From contig JAXLNO010004592.1 in the NCBI GenBank assembly GCA_038087875.1, positions 310,001 to 374,000 of the forward strand: a stretch of 64,000 nt of DNA, written 5' to 3'. The DNA comes from Malacoraja senta (Eukaryota). How positions within the stretch are numbered: the first letter of the stretch is position 1; every line of letters begins with the position of its first letter. A program made the position numbers and the translations under genes. The notes below the pieces were generated by a model. That model made no database searches. It was given only the letters and a program-made list of their open reading frames with translations, and was not told the origin of the DNA. Shown here piece after piece: positions 41,401-51,310 of this stretch.

Positions 41401-44400
41401 TCCTGAATTCTTATTACCCACACTAATACAAGGTCATCTATGGTTTAGCATGATCTGGTGACGGGTTACAAGCTTTTGTGTACTCCATCAAATGAAATAA
41501 GTTGAGAAACATTTTTGCCACTTCATTTTCTCTTTACACAGAGCAACAGTGATCACTTCGTTGAGGTTAAACTTGAATCCTATAAAATGAGGTTCTTTCA
41601 TATAAGAGAAGACATGGCCTATTCTGAAGTGAGTATCATCAGATTAACCTTCCTAGTTAATGTCTTGATTTGCTCAGTTCTTGTTGCCTTGAGATTCTTA
41701 AATGGAGGGATTTATGCATCTCGCAAAGGTAAGTCTTGGTCTGTACTGTCCAGTGGCAGTGAGCTTTGTAAATAAAACTTCAGTTCCTTGTGTCTCCATT
41801 TTACTGCTCCAGTGCAAAGTCTCCTTAAAGTATGACTACTTTGAAGAAGTTCTCTCTCACTGCTTCCCTTCTCCAATTCCTGCTGCCCTGCTATCCACCT
41901 ATCACTCACCAGCCTTTGTCCCATCCCCACCTCTTTTCCAATTTCCTCACCCCAACTACAATCAGTCTGAAGAAGAGTCCCAACCCAAAATGTTGCCTAT
42001 CCTTGTCCTCCAGAGATTCCGTCTGACCCGCTGAGTTACTCCAGCACTTTGTGTTCTATTCCAGATTCTAGCATCTGCAGTTTCTTGTGTCTCAATAAAA
42101 TGCCCTTGCACACATCAGGGCTTTGCAAGGGCAGTGCTTATTGTATGAACCCTGATTTATACCTGCATTTTTCAGCTATACCACTGCCTGCTTCCTTTCA
42201 ATAATTTTTAATTTTAAATCTGGGTTTGAAGAAGCGTCTCGACCTGAAACTTCACCCATTCCTTCTCTCCAGAGATGCTGCCTGTCCCGCTGAGTTACTC
42301 CAGCTTTTTGTGTCTATCTTCGGTTTAAACCAGCATCTGCAGTTCCTTCTTACATATTTTTGATTTTAAGATCTTTTGGGCAGGCTGGAGGTCAGAAAAT
42401 GCTTTCTTGGTGGATGGGGCAGAATTAGGGATGGTGCCTGGTTACACTGGGATCCTGCCCCTTTGCCACCCTCTTCAATAGTTCTACCGCCGGGAGATAG
42501 GACAGACATCATTAATTAAATATGAATTATGGAGTACACTATATTCCCTATTATTCATGCTCAATGTATACTGTGTGCACAGGCACGCCTTGCCTTTCAG
42601 GCACCTAGTTTTGATAAACCGATAGAACATGACTAGACAATTTAACTTGTGGTACTTTATTGCTAAATGCAATCATGTCCAATCAGTAGTTTGACTATTT
42701 TCTCACCTTTGTTTCACATTCCTTGCTTCTTTATCCTATAAAACTTAATCACATACCAAAAAGTGTCAATTTAGAGTATCTAAATTTGGAAGAAGGAATT
42801 CCAGATTTTCTGACAGTGAGGAAAAACTAGCTCTTCAAATCACTGTGCCTTTTTACTGCAATTTGACACTCTAAGCCCCAGTATCATTCTGAAGTGCTAG
42901 TTTCTTTCCTCCAACACCATGGGCTCTTATCTTCTGAGGCACCTTGTTGAACGTCTTCTGGAAGTCCAAATACAATATTGCTACTGTTCCCCTTTTCATT
43001 CTGTTTTAAACTTCAAACATTTTCCAATAAATTTGCCATGCACCATTTGTCCTTCATGAAGCCATGCTGACTGTTTGATTAGATTACAATTTCCCAAATG
43101 TGCTGTTGTTATTTCCATGGGCATTGATTTCAGAATTTTTCCAACAATAGATATTTGGCTAATTGACAGTTACCCACATTCTGCCTCTCTTTTGGGATAT
43201 TGATCTCATATTGGCAATTTTCAAATCCTTTTGCATCCACTATCTCAGTAGCCACTTCTTTATGTACCCTGATATGCAAGTCATCTGTTCCAGGGGCACT
43301 TTCAGCTTTTGGCCTAATTAATTTGCTTAATATCAAATTTCTAATGATGGTGATTTAATTCCTCCCTAGCATTATTTTATGATTAATGGGATATAACAGG
43401 GAAATATCTCTGATAGGGCAAGGCCAGGGTAATACATTTGCTCCAGGTTTTTGAGCATAATAAATTAATGATTCGGTCAAATTATCTTGCAACAGAGGAG
43501 GCCATTTTGCTGATCAGGTTTATGCTGCCTCTCAAAGTGATCTCTTCAGTTCCATTCCCCCACTTGTTTCCCTGTAATCTATTCCCTCACGCGCTCAACA
43601 ATTTACCCCCACCCCCAATTTCCCTACTACCCACTCACATTAGAGGTGATTTACAGTGGCCAATTGATCTTCTGGCCAACATGTCTTTGGAACGTGGGAG
43701 GAAACTGGGGCAGTCGGGGAAAGCCATGTGGTCACAGAGAGACCTTACAAACCACATAAACAGCATTAAAGGTCAGGATCAAGCCGTGAGGCTGCAGCTC
43801 TACCTGGCTGTGCCACTCCACCACACATCCATTGTGTGGGCAAAGTACTGTGAGAAGGGGCGTGGTTGGTGGGAATGGAAGAGAGTACATGGATGCTTGA
43901 AGTGAACAGCTCTTTTTGTGGTACATGTACAAGTGTCCCCAGCTTCCTTTGTATCTTTGCACAACTTTATATTTTCCAATACTTCGGTCACTCTACCAGG
44001 ACCGTCTATGTGTAATAGAACCTATCGAATCCATCAGTTCAGCAGTTTCTTGTACTTTCTCTCGGCAGGTGAATGGGAAGAAGTATTACCACGATGATGA
44101 AGGAATGCAGATTGTTGTGATAGATGGAAAGACCGGAAAAGTGGTGGATAATAGAAGTTTCAGGCGTGCAATCCTGCGAGGAATCCCAATGCATGTGGAG
44201 AATTATGTGGCAAGCATGAAGAACAAGTGAGTCACTGGACTAAGTGCTGTTTCACCTTTGCAAACCCGAAAGAGTTGATGACCAGTTCTGAAGCATTAGA
44301 TTGTCTGGTCCCAGTTCTGGTGAGGAACTCTTGATGTGAAGAGAGTACAGTGGCATTCTATACTTAATGCCCATGTGAACTGGGTCCCAGTGTGTGCAAG

Positions 44401-47400
44401 AACCCTGTATGGTAGGGGAGTCTTCAACTAGAGAGCAAAGGTTTAAGATGAGAGGAGAAAGTTTAAGGCTTGTTTTGTTGCTATAGGACTAGACAATCTT
44501 TCAGGAGGCAGCCATTACCATCTCTGAAAACTCCTGCAGAGACGGAAAAATAGAGGAAGAATTTTAGACCTATTTAGAATAAAAAATGGGGCAATTTGTC
44601 TTTAACCACAAGCCATCCTGCTGATTCCTGAGGACTTCAGTCATTAATAATTCAAACAGAATAGTTATCAATAGCCATCAGATTTTAAGTCAATGATCTT
44701 CCTCTTCTTGCGTATGGCGTGCACAGCCTAAAGTTGTAGAACAACTAGTTTTATTTGATCTTATTTGATTGTGCACGCCAGGTTGATTGCATTCATCGAA
44801 ACAGGGCGGACCACGTGAAGGTTGCAATCTTCCACCCCATGTCAATGATGATTCCCTGCCTCTGATGATAATCTGAGCTGCTCATCATTCACTTATAAAA
44901 GCAAAAGACAGTAAATACTTGATCTCTTGGAAAAACATTTAAACACAGTTCAAAACTTATCCCTTTTATGTGTTCTGGGCCAGTGCCTCAAGAACAGGCG
45001 CCTGAAGTCTTGTTGCAACTTGCAGCACGCTCTGCCTTGCTTTGGCAGCCAGAATTGCAAAGATTAAGTGCAGGTAGAGGAATCATGTGGGAGTAAGCTA
45101 GTTTGTGCCATAACTTCTAGGACACTAACCAACCTGAAAAAATAAGTCTTTCCTTCATCTAATTCCTGGTAGGAAAAGCACGAGGACAGATTATGTGCGG
45201 TTTTTAGCATTTCCTGACAATTTGTTAGAATATTTATCCTGCTGCAGGATTATCAAACCCCTACTTTATATCTATTCAACATCTTGCAAATTCCAAAATG
45301 CTAAAAAAATTAGAAGCAGGAACAGACAACATGGTCTCTCGAGCCCGCTCCACCATCCAGTGAGATAGTGGCGAACCTTAGATTCTTCTTGATCATAATA
45401 TCCATTGATTGCCTACAAGTGCAAAACTCCATCAATCCCGACCACAGATTTCAAATAGATGTTTTACATTCAAACCAATTAATTCTATACTGCGAACTGA
45501 AAATGTATTCAATATTGAACAAAATGTTGTGGGTTGTTTTAGAGCGATACCATTCTGTGTAAGAACTGTTCACGCAATTCATATGTCACACACAATTTAT
45601 TTTACTAAAAGTGGTTTGAGTTCTGTTACTTTAAAGATCCTTAACGAGGTATTTCCATTTCCAGCTCCATTGCACTGGTAACATCCAAAGGAAGACTAAT
45701 TTCAGGAAGACCTTGGATTAAAGTTCTGGCAGAACTTGGAGCCACTGACATAAAGCTGAAGGGTAATGCCTGGAGGCACTTTCCTTATGTCACTCTGTAT
45801 TTGTTCAACATTATTCGTATCTGAATGACTTTACTTTTAGTTTTGTTTAGTTCCACGTATTCATAATTTATTGTCAGGTGTGCTGCCAAGTGAGCATAGA
45901 GCAGCTGTAACATACTGGGAGACCGCGGTGCACAATTTATTCCACCAGATCTGTGCAGCATCTGAACGTTACCCACACAGCCTTCCCTGCAAGCACTGGT
46001 GTCCCAAGTATCCCACTCGTGACCTCGAACCTCAAGCTCTTTTCCCTCCAGACACCCAACAGAGCTAAAACAGTTAATTTATAGTACATGCTGCGGAGAT
46101 GAGGATGTACTTCCATTGACTATAGAATATTAAGCGTTAATGTTGAGGTGATTAACATGATTAATTTATTTGACGAGTAGTAAAAATGGTTTCCTCTGGT
46201 AGAAATGGATATGAGCAAAGGAGCAAGGAGGCCGTAACGTTGTGTTTGATAGCTTTTATTTCAGGATATAACAAGGCAAAATCAGAAGATGTCGTTTATC
46301 AGAGCATTTGAAAAGGTTCCACGTAGAAGGTTAATAAATTGAATATAAATTTATGGGTTCCACACAGAAAGTTTAATACAGAGAGTATAAATTCATGGGC
46401 TCCTGTCCTTTAACCAATGGTAATATGAACAAAGCAATTTAATAAATGCAGAAAAACTAATAAACATTGGTCCTGCTTCAACTGGGGTAGTGTTCTGTTC
46501 TGGTCCCCGGGTTGTAGGAAGGATGTAAGGACAATATAGAAGGTCTGGAAAAGATTTATTACATTTCCTGGTATTACAAATTAGATTATAAAGATAGATG
46601 GGAACTGCTTTCTTTTAAGAAGAGAAAGCTGAGAGAAAATTTGATAGAAGTGCATGAAATGATTAGGGTCTGGACAGAGTAAACAGTGAGAGGCTGTTCC
46701 CTTTTGTGGAGGGATTAAGGACAAAGTGTAATATAAAGAGGAAGACAAGGGCGACATGAGGGAAAACTATGTTTTAAGCTGTGTGTGGTTGGATGTGGAA
46801 TGCACTGGCTGCAGATATGGTGGAGTGATGAGACAATGTCTCCACAAGCTGCACTTTTGTGCTGCCCTTTAAAGCTTTAAGAGATGCTCAGAAATGTTTT
46901 AACAGCAATTCAAATCATTTTAAAAATGTATAAGTTAAAAGTTACGAGTAAACATTAAGAATAAATAAAACACAAACACTTATACCATAATTAACTTTTA
47001 CACAAGGTCAACGACCCAATCCATGGGCTTATGCTATATGTTCCAGCCATCCCTGAGGGGCTGCACATAGGGTGATATCCAAGCCCTCAGCTTGCTGGGG
47101 CTCTGCCACTGGGCTCAGTGCTAAGTCCAGAGGCACAGTGGAAGGTTGGACAAGCCACCCTCAAGCTCCAGCCACTCCTGCATCGTGCTCTGCATTACAC
47201 AGGTGTGGAAGTCTGAGACAAGCTGACCCACGAAGGGGACATTGTGGCGGGTTCTCTACAGAACTACTGCTAAACGTGGAACATTTCAGGCCAATTGCTT
47301 TGTTGAAAAATTAATTGATGATAGAGACCATGGGGGACTGGGTTTGAAAGAGGACAAATTAAGCTCCTGGGCAAATGAGATAGGGAATCATATATAATGT

Positions 47401-49545
47401 AGGAAAATAAAAGTTTTTGCAAAAAGGAAGAAGGAAAAAAATTAGTATTTTTAAAAAGTGAGAAGCAAGACATTGTATGCACTGGAATCTTGGGTTCACT
47501 GGCTCATAAGAGGTTTAACGTATATCTGCTGGTAGAGAAAGCTGTTGGAAAGGCAAGTATTTTGTTGGCCTTTATTGCAAGGCTGCAATACAAAGGTAAG
47601 GGCGTCTTGCAAAGAATACAGTGGGTTTTGGTGGGACTTGATGTGGTGTAATGTGTGCAGATTTTGGTGACCTTATCTGGACAACGATATGCAAGTCTTG
47701 GAGACAGCGCAGTGTCACCAGGTTGATCATCTGGATTGGGCTTGTCCAATGACCAGAGATTTAGGAGGACTGGCCAAAATTGACAGGACTTTAGAAAAAT
47801 TTGAACTTTTCTCCACGATGTTCCAAGATTCTGAGAGGGGAGGTTAGCAGGTTAAATATCAAAGGCTGTTTCCCCTGGCTGGAGAGTTTAGAACTTGAAA
47901 GCACAGTCTCTGAATAAGAGGTCAGCCATTTCATTACACATGGCTGTTGTAAATTCTTGGAACTCTGGCACAGAAAATGTGAGTGCTCAGTGTGGATATA
48001 TTCAGGGTTAGTTTGTTTACAATTGGTCTTTAGAGTGTAGGTTATAATAAATAGGGGTAAAAGTACATATTCTTATTTTTATGTTCATTATAAGAGTAAT
48101 GGTCACATCTAGTGACTACTAGGGTGTTAGCCTTGTAGTTTTGAGACTATTAGCTGGAACACAGTTTCAGTTAAGGAGGTAAACAAACTGCCCAGTATGG
48201 GGCCCATTGTATTTTTACTTGGGGAACCTGTTACTGAGGGAATCATTTAAAAATGACAAGATGAAATTAAGTCATCTGATGCAGCTAGTGTTGCAAGAAC
48301 ATGGTTTGCCCACACCTTAGAGTGTGCAATTTGGTAATAAGGGGCCTTCAGTGAAAACTGTCTGTGGGGAAAATCTCAGCCTTAGCCTTCGATTCACTTC
48401 TCCATCTCGCCTCATAACGCAAACATCCTGGTTAAACTCCTCTGAATCACCTCCTTCCTAAGGTGTGGTGACCTGCACTGTCCCCAATACTCCAGCAGTG
48501 GCCTAACCAATGTTTCATAAATTTCCTCCATGTTCTTGTATTCGTTAGCAGGGGCATAAAATATAAGTGTCCTGTATGCCTTCTTCGCCATCTTATCTTT
48601 TTACCTGTTTTTACTTGCCTTTTTACCTGCCTGCCCCGCTGAGTTATTCCAGCTTTTTGTGTCATCTTTTTACCTGCCACCTTCAGGAATTTGTGGACTT
48701 GTACCCCAATGTCCCTCCATCCCTCAATCCTCCCTTGGACCCTGCCGTTCACTGTGTGTCCTGCCTTTATTAGCTCTTCTATAGTGCATCATCTCACATT
48801 TATCAGGATTAAATACTGTCTGTCATTGCCCCGATGGGGATATTAAATAACCATTGTGGGTTAAGATATTTGATCTGATGCCATACATTTTATGTGATAT
48901 GAAGACTTTCTTCTCGTGGATAAATTCTCTGATATATCATGTTTTGCTTCATAGTAATAACATTTACTGTATTTGTGTAATATAACCCCAGACATGTCTA
49001 GGTTTGAAAATATTTTGGGTTTTCATGTGCATTGGGTGACACCAAGTGGTAGACCATGGATTTGACAATCCGTCTTTCCATATTCTAAGAACTGGGGAAG
49101 ATTACTTATCTGAAACATTGACCAGTTTCTCTTTCCACAAATGCTACCTGACTGGCTCAGTTCTTCCAGCATTTTGGTTTTTGTTCCTGATTCCAGTCTT
49201 TGTCTTCCTGGTTTTCACTTTAATAGGCTCCTGGTTCAATTCACCCTTTGCTTGCCAATGCAACAACAAAAAAATCTCTATTTACACTACTGAGAAATAC
49301 TTATGTTAGGTTATTGCATGTGTTCTGGATCTGTTTACATAGATATGCTTTGGTTTACATACAATCATTGCAACTTGCACTTTTACAGCTGTTTCTCTGC
49401 TTATTATTCTATTTCAGATAAATTGGTATTTGTCGGATATAAAGGAAGTTTCAAACCTGAGTGGGTCAAGCTTGCTGTTGGGGAAGATACAGCCCTACTT
49501 CATGAGGTCCTCCCAATCCCCGTCACAAAGAAGTTGAAACTATGA
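8560..49545 (+). CDS. CEMIP: CEMIP (KIAA1199/HYBID) cell migration-inducing hyaluronan-binding protein, 5'-partial; join of 18 exons (about 888 aa, C-terminal part)
   Basis: 18 GT-AG exons splice in one frame (170,210,206,70,129,86,132,36,156,181,216,212,186,205,87,158,98,128 nt). Peptides such as DGVDMRAEVG, YPIHFH, GHCFFTEDGPEE, RGIQIYDGP, YQQYQPVV and the PIPVTKKLKL* end match vertebrate CEMIP. Tail-to-tail with MESD, as in other vertebrates. Confidence 0.95.
8911..9230. mobile_element. Solo PLE terminus (8911-8995, TSD atggataacagg) followed by a fold-back copy (9008-9230)
   Basis: TSD at 8899-8910 and 8996-9007; inverted arms in the second copy. Confidence 0.8.
9360..9569 (+). CDS. CEMIP: CEMIP coding exon (MGVGFKAVHIEG...TIHGSNGLL)
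   Basis: ctgcag / gtgagt; within ORF 9327-9584. Confidence 0.95.
10221..10442. mobile_element. PLE-derived fold-back palindromic mini-element
   Basis: Inverted arms of about 90 bp plus a 33-nt tail; TSD atatttatcacgta at 10207-10220 and 10443-10456. Confidence 0.85.
10884..11290. mobile_element. Two CR1 3' tails in opposite orientation (10884-11030 +, 11105-11290 -)
   Basis: gatcagccatgat...gaatggcgg...ggcctcctcctgcacct tail consensus. Confidence 0.8.
12090..12260 (+). mobile_element. Ancient Deu-type (SacSINE-like) SINE 5' remnant
   Basis: Degenerate gggttcaa...ccagaga.tgagcata...gac..cagtgca pattern, compared with the family from memory. Confidence 0.45.
12313..12631 (-). mobile_element. 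HE1-like tRNA-derived V-SINE
   Basis: Same consensus. Confidence 0.85.
13066..13367 (+). mobile_element. HE1-like tRNA-derived V-SINE
   Basis: Same consensus; short TSD gtaagt. Confidence 0.85.
14222..14545 (-). mobile_element. HE1-like tRNA-derived V-SINE
   Basis: Same consensus; inserted in an old CR1. Confidence 0.85.
15251..15520 (+). mobile_element. HE1-like V-SINE with intact Pol III A and B boxes
   Basis: TGGCGCAGCGG at 15259-15269 and GGTTCGATCC at 15311-15320. Confidence 0.85.
17440..18110 (+). mobile_element. Two tandem CR1 3' fragments
   Basis: FFTQRV..WN remnants and gggcc..ttcctgtgctgta tails. Confidence 0.75.
18750..19362 (+). mobile_element. CR1 LINE 3' fragment
   Basis: LYKALVRTHLEYCEQFWAP and FFSQRVVNLWNSLP. 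Confidence 0.9.
19774..19979 (+). CDS. CEMIP: CEMIP coding exon (VKDVIGYKTLGHCFFTEDG...PQQDC)
   Basis: ttttag / gtaagc; ORF 19774-19983. Confidence 0.95.
19989..20091 (+). mobile_element. Solo PLE terminus inserted 9 nt into a CEMIP intron
   Basis: TSD taagccat at 19981-19988 and 20092-20099. Confidence 0.75.
21895..21964 (+). CDS. CEMIP: CEMIP coding exon (AVSTFWIANPNNSLVNCSAAGSE)
   Basis: ttacag / gtacat; phase fits neighbours. Confidence 0.93.
22100..22228 (+). CDS. CEMIP: CEMIP coding exon (ETGFWFIFHHVPTGPS...AHSNHR)
   Basis: ttacag / gtaagt. Confidence 0.94.
22588..22866 (+). mobile_element. HE1-like tRNA-derived V-SINE
   Basis: Same consensus. Confidence 0.85.
23091..23176 (+). CDS. 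CEMIP: CEMIP coding exon (AGMIIDNGVKTTEANARDKRPFLSLVGAR)
   Basis: tcttag / gtgagt; translated by hand. Confidence 0.93.
23287..24030 (-). mobile_element. Rex1/Babar-like LINE 3' part, one frameshift, (TA)n in the UTR, (cttgaat)n tail
   Basis: VERVKSFKFLG...KKAHQRLYFLRRLRR...PSGRRYRSLKTATSRFRNSCFPTAIRLLN. Confidence 0.85.
23413..23437. repeat. (TA)n microsatellite
   Basis: Seen directly. Confidence 0.9.
25062..25193 (+). CDS. CEMIP: CEMIP coding exon (YSPHIGADPYKPREPA...AWLRGGDVWLEDC)
   Basis: ctttag / gtgagt; translated by hand. Confidence 0.93.
25870..26280 (-). mobile_element. CR1 fragments
   Basis: LRGDLIEVYKILRG and WSEQWQMEF. Confidence 0.75.
27049..27084 (+). CDS. CEMIP: CEMIP 36-nt coding exon (FSDNGIGLTLAS)
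   Basis: ccttag / gtaagc; DNGIGLTLAS motif; phase 2-2. Confidence 0.92.
27813..28009. mobile_element. PLE-derived fold-back mini-element
   Basis: Long arm on the left, short arm on the right, same consensus. Confidence 0.8.
28483..28638 (+). CDS. CEMIP: CEMIP coding exon (GGTFPDDDGAKQEVKNSLFVGES...GRALPKG)
   Basis: ttccag / gtaagt. Confidence 0.93.
28702..28914. mobile_element. PLE-derived fold-back palindromic mini-element
   Basis: Inverted arms plus a 35-nt tail; TSD tctctgactttaatgtt at 28685-28701 and 28915-28931. Confidence 0.85.
28825..28852 (+). ncRNA. Minimal hammerhead ribozyme motif with intact core
   Basis: CUGAAGA A GGGU CUCG ACCC GAAA CGUC; sits at the centre of a fold-back element. 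Confidence 0.55.
29585..30180 (+). mobile_element. CR1 3' fragment
   Basis: KDVVKLKSVQRRFMRMLPGLEG. Confidence 0.85.
31198..31378 (+). CDS. CEMIP: CEMIP coding exon (TFPMRGIQIYDGPI...ITFQDVP)
   Basis: ttctag / gtaggt. Confidence 0.94.
31580..32355 (+). mobile_element. CR1 3' fragments (31580-31750 and 32000-32355)
   Basis: LRGDLMEVY and FFSQRVVVTWNSL; tail ends near 32355. Confidence 0.8.
32382..32597 (+). CDS. CEMIP: CEMIP coding exon (ITSRVFFGEPG...ICSGHYAQ)
   Basis: tttaag / gtaacg. Confidence 0.93.
33245..33558. mobile_element. PLE-derived fold-back element with longer arms (inner G-run/C-run)
   Basis: TSD tcccagtttc at 33231-33240 and 33559-33568. Confidence 0.8.
33882..34091. mobile_element. 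PLE-derived fold-back mini-element
   Basis: Inverted arms centred near 34003. Confidence 0.8.
34790..35200 (+). mobile_element. Degenerate Penelope-like ORF fragment (linker plus GIY-YIG region)
   Basis: Translates to GTFPCTTYPSTSS... and IGEPKHRLAGHFPEH, resembling PLE GTFPC...IGETKRRLGDRFAEH. Confidence 0.6.
36028..36239 (+). CDS. CEMIP: CEMIP coding exon (VYIQAKHPSTLKMKIIKDEYP...IWLINFN)
   Basis: tggaag / gtgagt; translated by hand. Confidence 0.92.
37030..37215 (+). CDS. CEMIP: CEMIP coding exon (NDWIQVGLCYPKG...YFFDEDTG)
   Basis: cgccag / gtttgt. Confidence 0.92.
37365..38410 (-). mobile_element. CR1 RT-to-tail fragment with a + strand CR1 tail inserted at about 38118-38245
   Basis: KFEDDSKIGGVVDSE and WAKKWQMEFN. 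Confidence 0.8.
38886..39220 (+). mobile_element. HE1-like V-SINE (variant subfamily) with intact A and B boxes
   Basis: A box at 38897-38907, B box at 38939-38948. Confidence 0.85.
39639..39843 (+). CDS. CEMIP: CEMIP coding exon (LLFLKVKAHKKRHTFAFCS...KKLPIAQL)
   Basis: ctaaag / gtaagt. Confidence 0.92.
40091..40217 (+). mobile_element. Solo PLE terminus with tail
   Basis: TSD acactgtc at 40083-40090 and 40218-40225. Confidence 0.75.
41542..41628 (+). CDS. CEMIP: CEMIP coding exon (SNSDHFVEVKLESY...MAYSE)
   Basis: acacag / gtgagt. Confidence 0.9.
41860..42355 (+). mobile_element. Two PLE 3' termini (about 41860-42093 and 42221-42355)
   Basis: Degenerate hammerhead motifs at 41967 and 42226, each followed by the consensus tail. 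Confidence 0.7.
44069..44226 (+). CDS. CEMIP: CEMIP coding exon (VNGKKYYHDDEGMQIVVIDG...ASMKN), C-terminal GG-type domain
   Basis: cggcag / gtgagt. Confidence 0.92.
44698..44840 (-). mobile_element. 143-bp retro-insertion with an (AAG)n tail
   Basis: TSD gtcaatgat at 44689-44697 and 44841-44849. Confidence 0.65.
45665..45762 (+). CDS. CEMIP: CEMIP coding exon (SIALVTSKGRLISGRPWIKVLAELGATDIKLK)
   Basis: ttccag / gtaatg; translated by hand. Confidence 0.9.
46280..48830. mobile_element. Cluster of degenerate CR1 fragments (46280-46830 +, 47450-48010 +, 48420-48830 -)
   Basis: Recognisable CR1 ORF2 C-terminal remnants. Confidence 0.65.
49418..49545 (+). CDS. CEMIP: CEMIP terminal coding exon (DKLVFVGYKGSFKPEWV...PIPVTKKLKL*)
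   Basis: tttcag acceptor, TGA stop at 49543-49545. Confidence 0.93.
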
Positions 49546-50088
49546 GCGACCACACTTCACTGCAGAGGCTGAATGCAAGTCTGGGTATACAGGATCAATC
49601 TTGGAATACTACTGAGTTTTAAATGCAGTTTGTTGCAACATAGTCAAAGTTCCTAAGATGTTGCGGTCATACAATATATTTAACATTGTGTTTATTTGTC
49701 TGTGAACAAGGCTTGTTTCAAAAGCTGATATTTGTAGACAGTACTTGAGAAACCATTTTAACTCCAATCTTTCCGTACACCCGAAATAGCTGGTCATTTT
49801 CGGACATGTTATTCTTCCTACGTCTGTATGTTGAGGTGTTTTCAACCTGACTTTATTTACTGTTGTATGTAAATTTCTATTTATTTATTGAGTCACTATA
49901 GAACAACACCAAGACACTCGTGGAACTGTATTGTACAATTTACATGTATTTTCCATTTAGCTGTTGCTTTATCTGGTAACACCGCTCTCCTGAAATAATG
50001 GCATTAAGTGTTGGCTGAGATTGTAATTTATTAGAGTTGAGATGCATTTCAAGGGGACCTTTGGATGTAATTTATAATCTATCATTTG

Positions 50089-50127
50089 AATAAATTACAG
50101 ATTGTCTATGTGATGTTTCCTAATAAA
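50089..50127 (+). terminator. Candidate CEMIP polyadenylation signals (two AATAAA)
   Basis: AATAAA at 50089-50094 and 50122-50127, about 550 nt after the stop, at the end of an AT-rich repeat-free 3' UTR. Confidence 0.55.
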
Positions 50128-50506
50128 TGTAAAGCTGAAAAGGATTTGCAGTGACTTGTTGAATGGCACACGCTTCCATACATGACCAAATAATTGCTAA
50201 TGGAAGGTACACGTTGGTCATTTTCTGCAATACTGGCACTGCAGTCCAAAGTCTTTCATTGACAGAAAATGCCATTAATAGGATCATTATCTTTGTACTA
50301 AAAAAACATTTCAAAAATATGTAATCTTGGTGTAGACTTGTGCCAAAAGATAAACTATTCTAAATTGTATAGGAAGGAACGGCAGATGCTGGTTTAAACC
50401 GAAGATAGACACAAAATGCTGGAGTAACTCAGTAGAACATGCACCATCTCTGGAACGAAGTAATGGGTGATGTTTCAGGTTAAGACCCTTCTTCGGAATG
50501 CCTGCA

Positions 50507-50624
50507 AGAACATTACACATCTGGAATACATCAGTGTCAATTCCCCAGAGAGCAACTTTAGCAGCAAGGAGAACATTACACATCTGGAATACATCAGTGT
50601 CAATTCCCCAGAGAGCAACTTTAG
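50507..50624. repeat. Perfect 55-bp direct duplication separated by 8 bp
   Basis: 50507-50561 is identical to 50570-50624. Confidence 0.9.
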
Positions 50625-50854
50625 GCTGGTCATCTTTTGGACCTCGGAGAACACATGCTCATCATGAGCACACTGTTCACTAACAATTTACATCATTTAA
50701 ATACAGCACATGCATGGACAAGTTGGGCTGAGGGGCTTGCTTCTATGCTTTATGAATGACAAAAAATTGAAACAAATTTGAAATGAACAGAAAGGCTGAG
50801 CATGTCAACCCATATCAACAGAGCATCCATTCCTCACCTATGCTTGATTGCTGC

Positions 50855-51136
50855 TTTAGATTTGATACAACATGGAACCAGGCCCTTCTGCACCCGAGTC
50901 CACGCCGACCAGCGATCACCCCGCACACTAGCACTATCCTACACACTAGGGACAATTTACAGAAGCCAATTAACCTACAAACCTGTATGTCTGGAGTGTG
51001 GGAGGAAACTGGAGCACCTTGAGAAAACTCACATGGCAACAGTGAGAACGTATAAACTCCTTACAGACAGCACCCATCGTCAGGATTGAATCCGGATTTC
51101 TGACAGTACAAGGCAGCAACTGCACCACTGTGCTGC
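50855..51136 (-). mobile_element. HE1-like V-SINE between the CEMIP and MESD 3' ends
   Basis: Same consensus. Confidence 0.85.
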
Positions 51137-51304
51137 TGTTTGGACTGAGTAAACTGATCAATGTATTTCAGTAGTGATACTTCCAACAATTTAAAGAAGC
51201 AATAGTTGCTGCAGCTAGATTACTAGCATAGCAAACAACAAAGAAATGAAGCTATAGGTGACTCTTTACAGTAATTGCAAGACATCCTGTTCTGACTGTA
51301 TAGA

Positions 51305-51310
51305 TTTATT
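51305..51310 (-). terminator. Candidate MESD polyadenylation signal
   Basis: AATAAA on the minus strand about 715 nt after the MESD stop. Confidence 0.5.

Noticed and set aside
8560-49545. Alternative call as TMEM2/CEMIP2
   Set aside because: The C-terminal PIPVTKKLKL, the EDGPEERN and WLRGGDVW motifs and adjacency to MESD all favour CEMIP.
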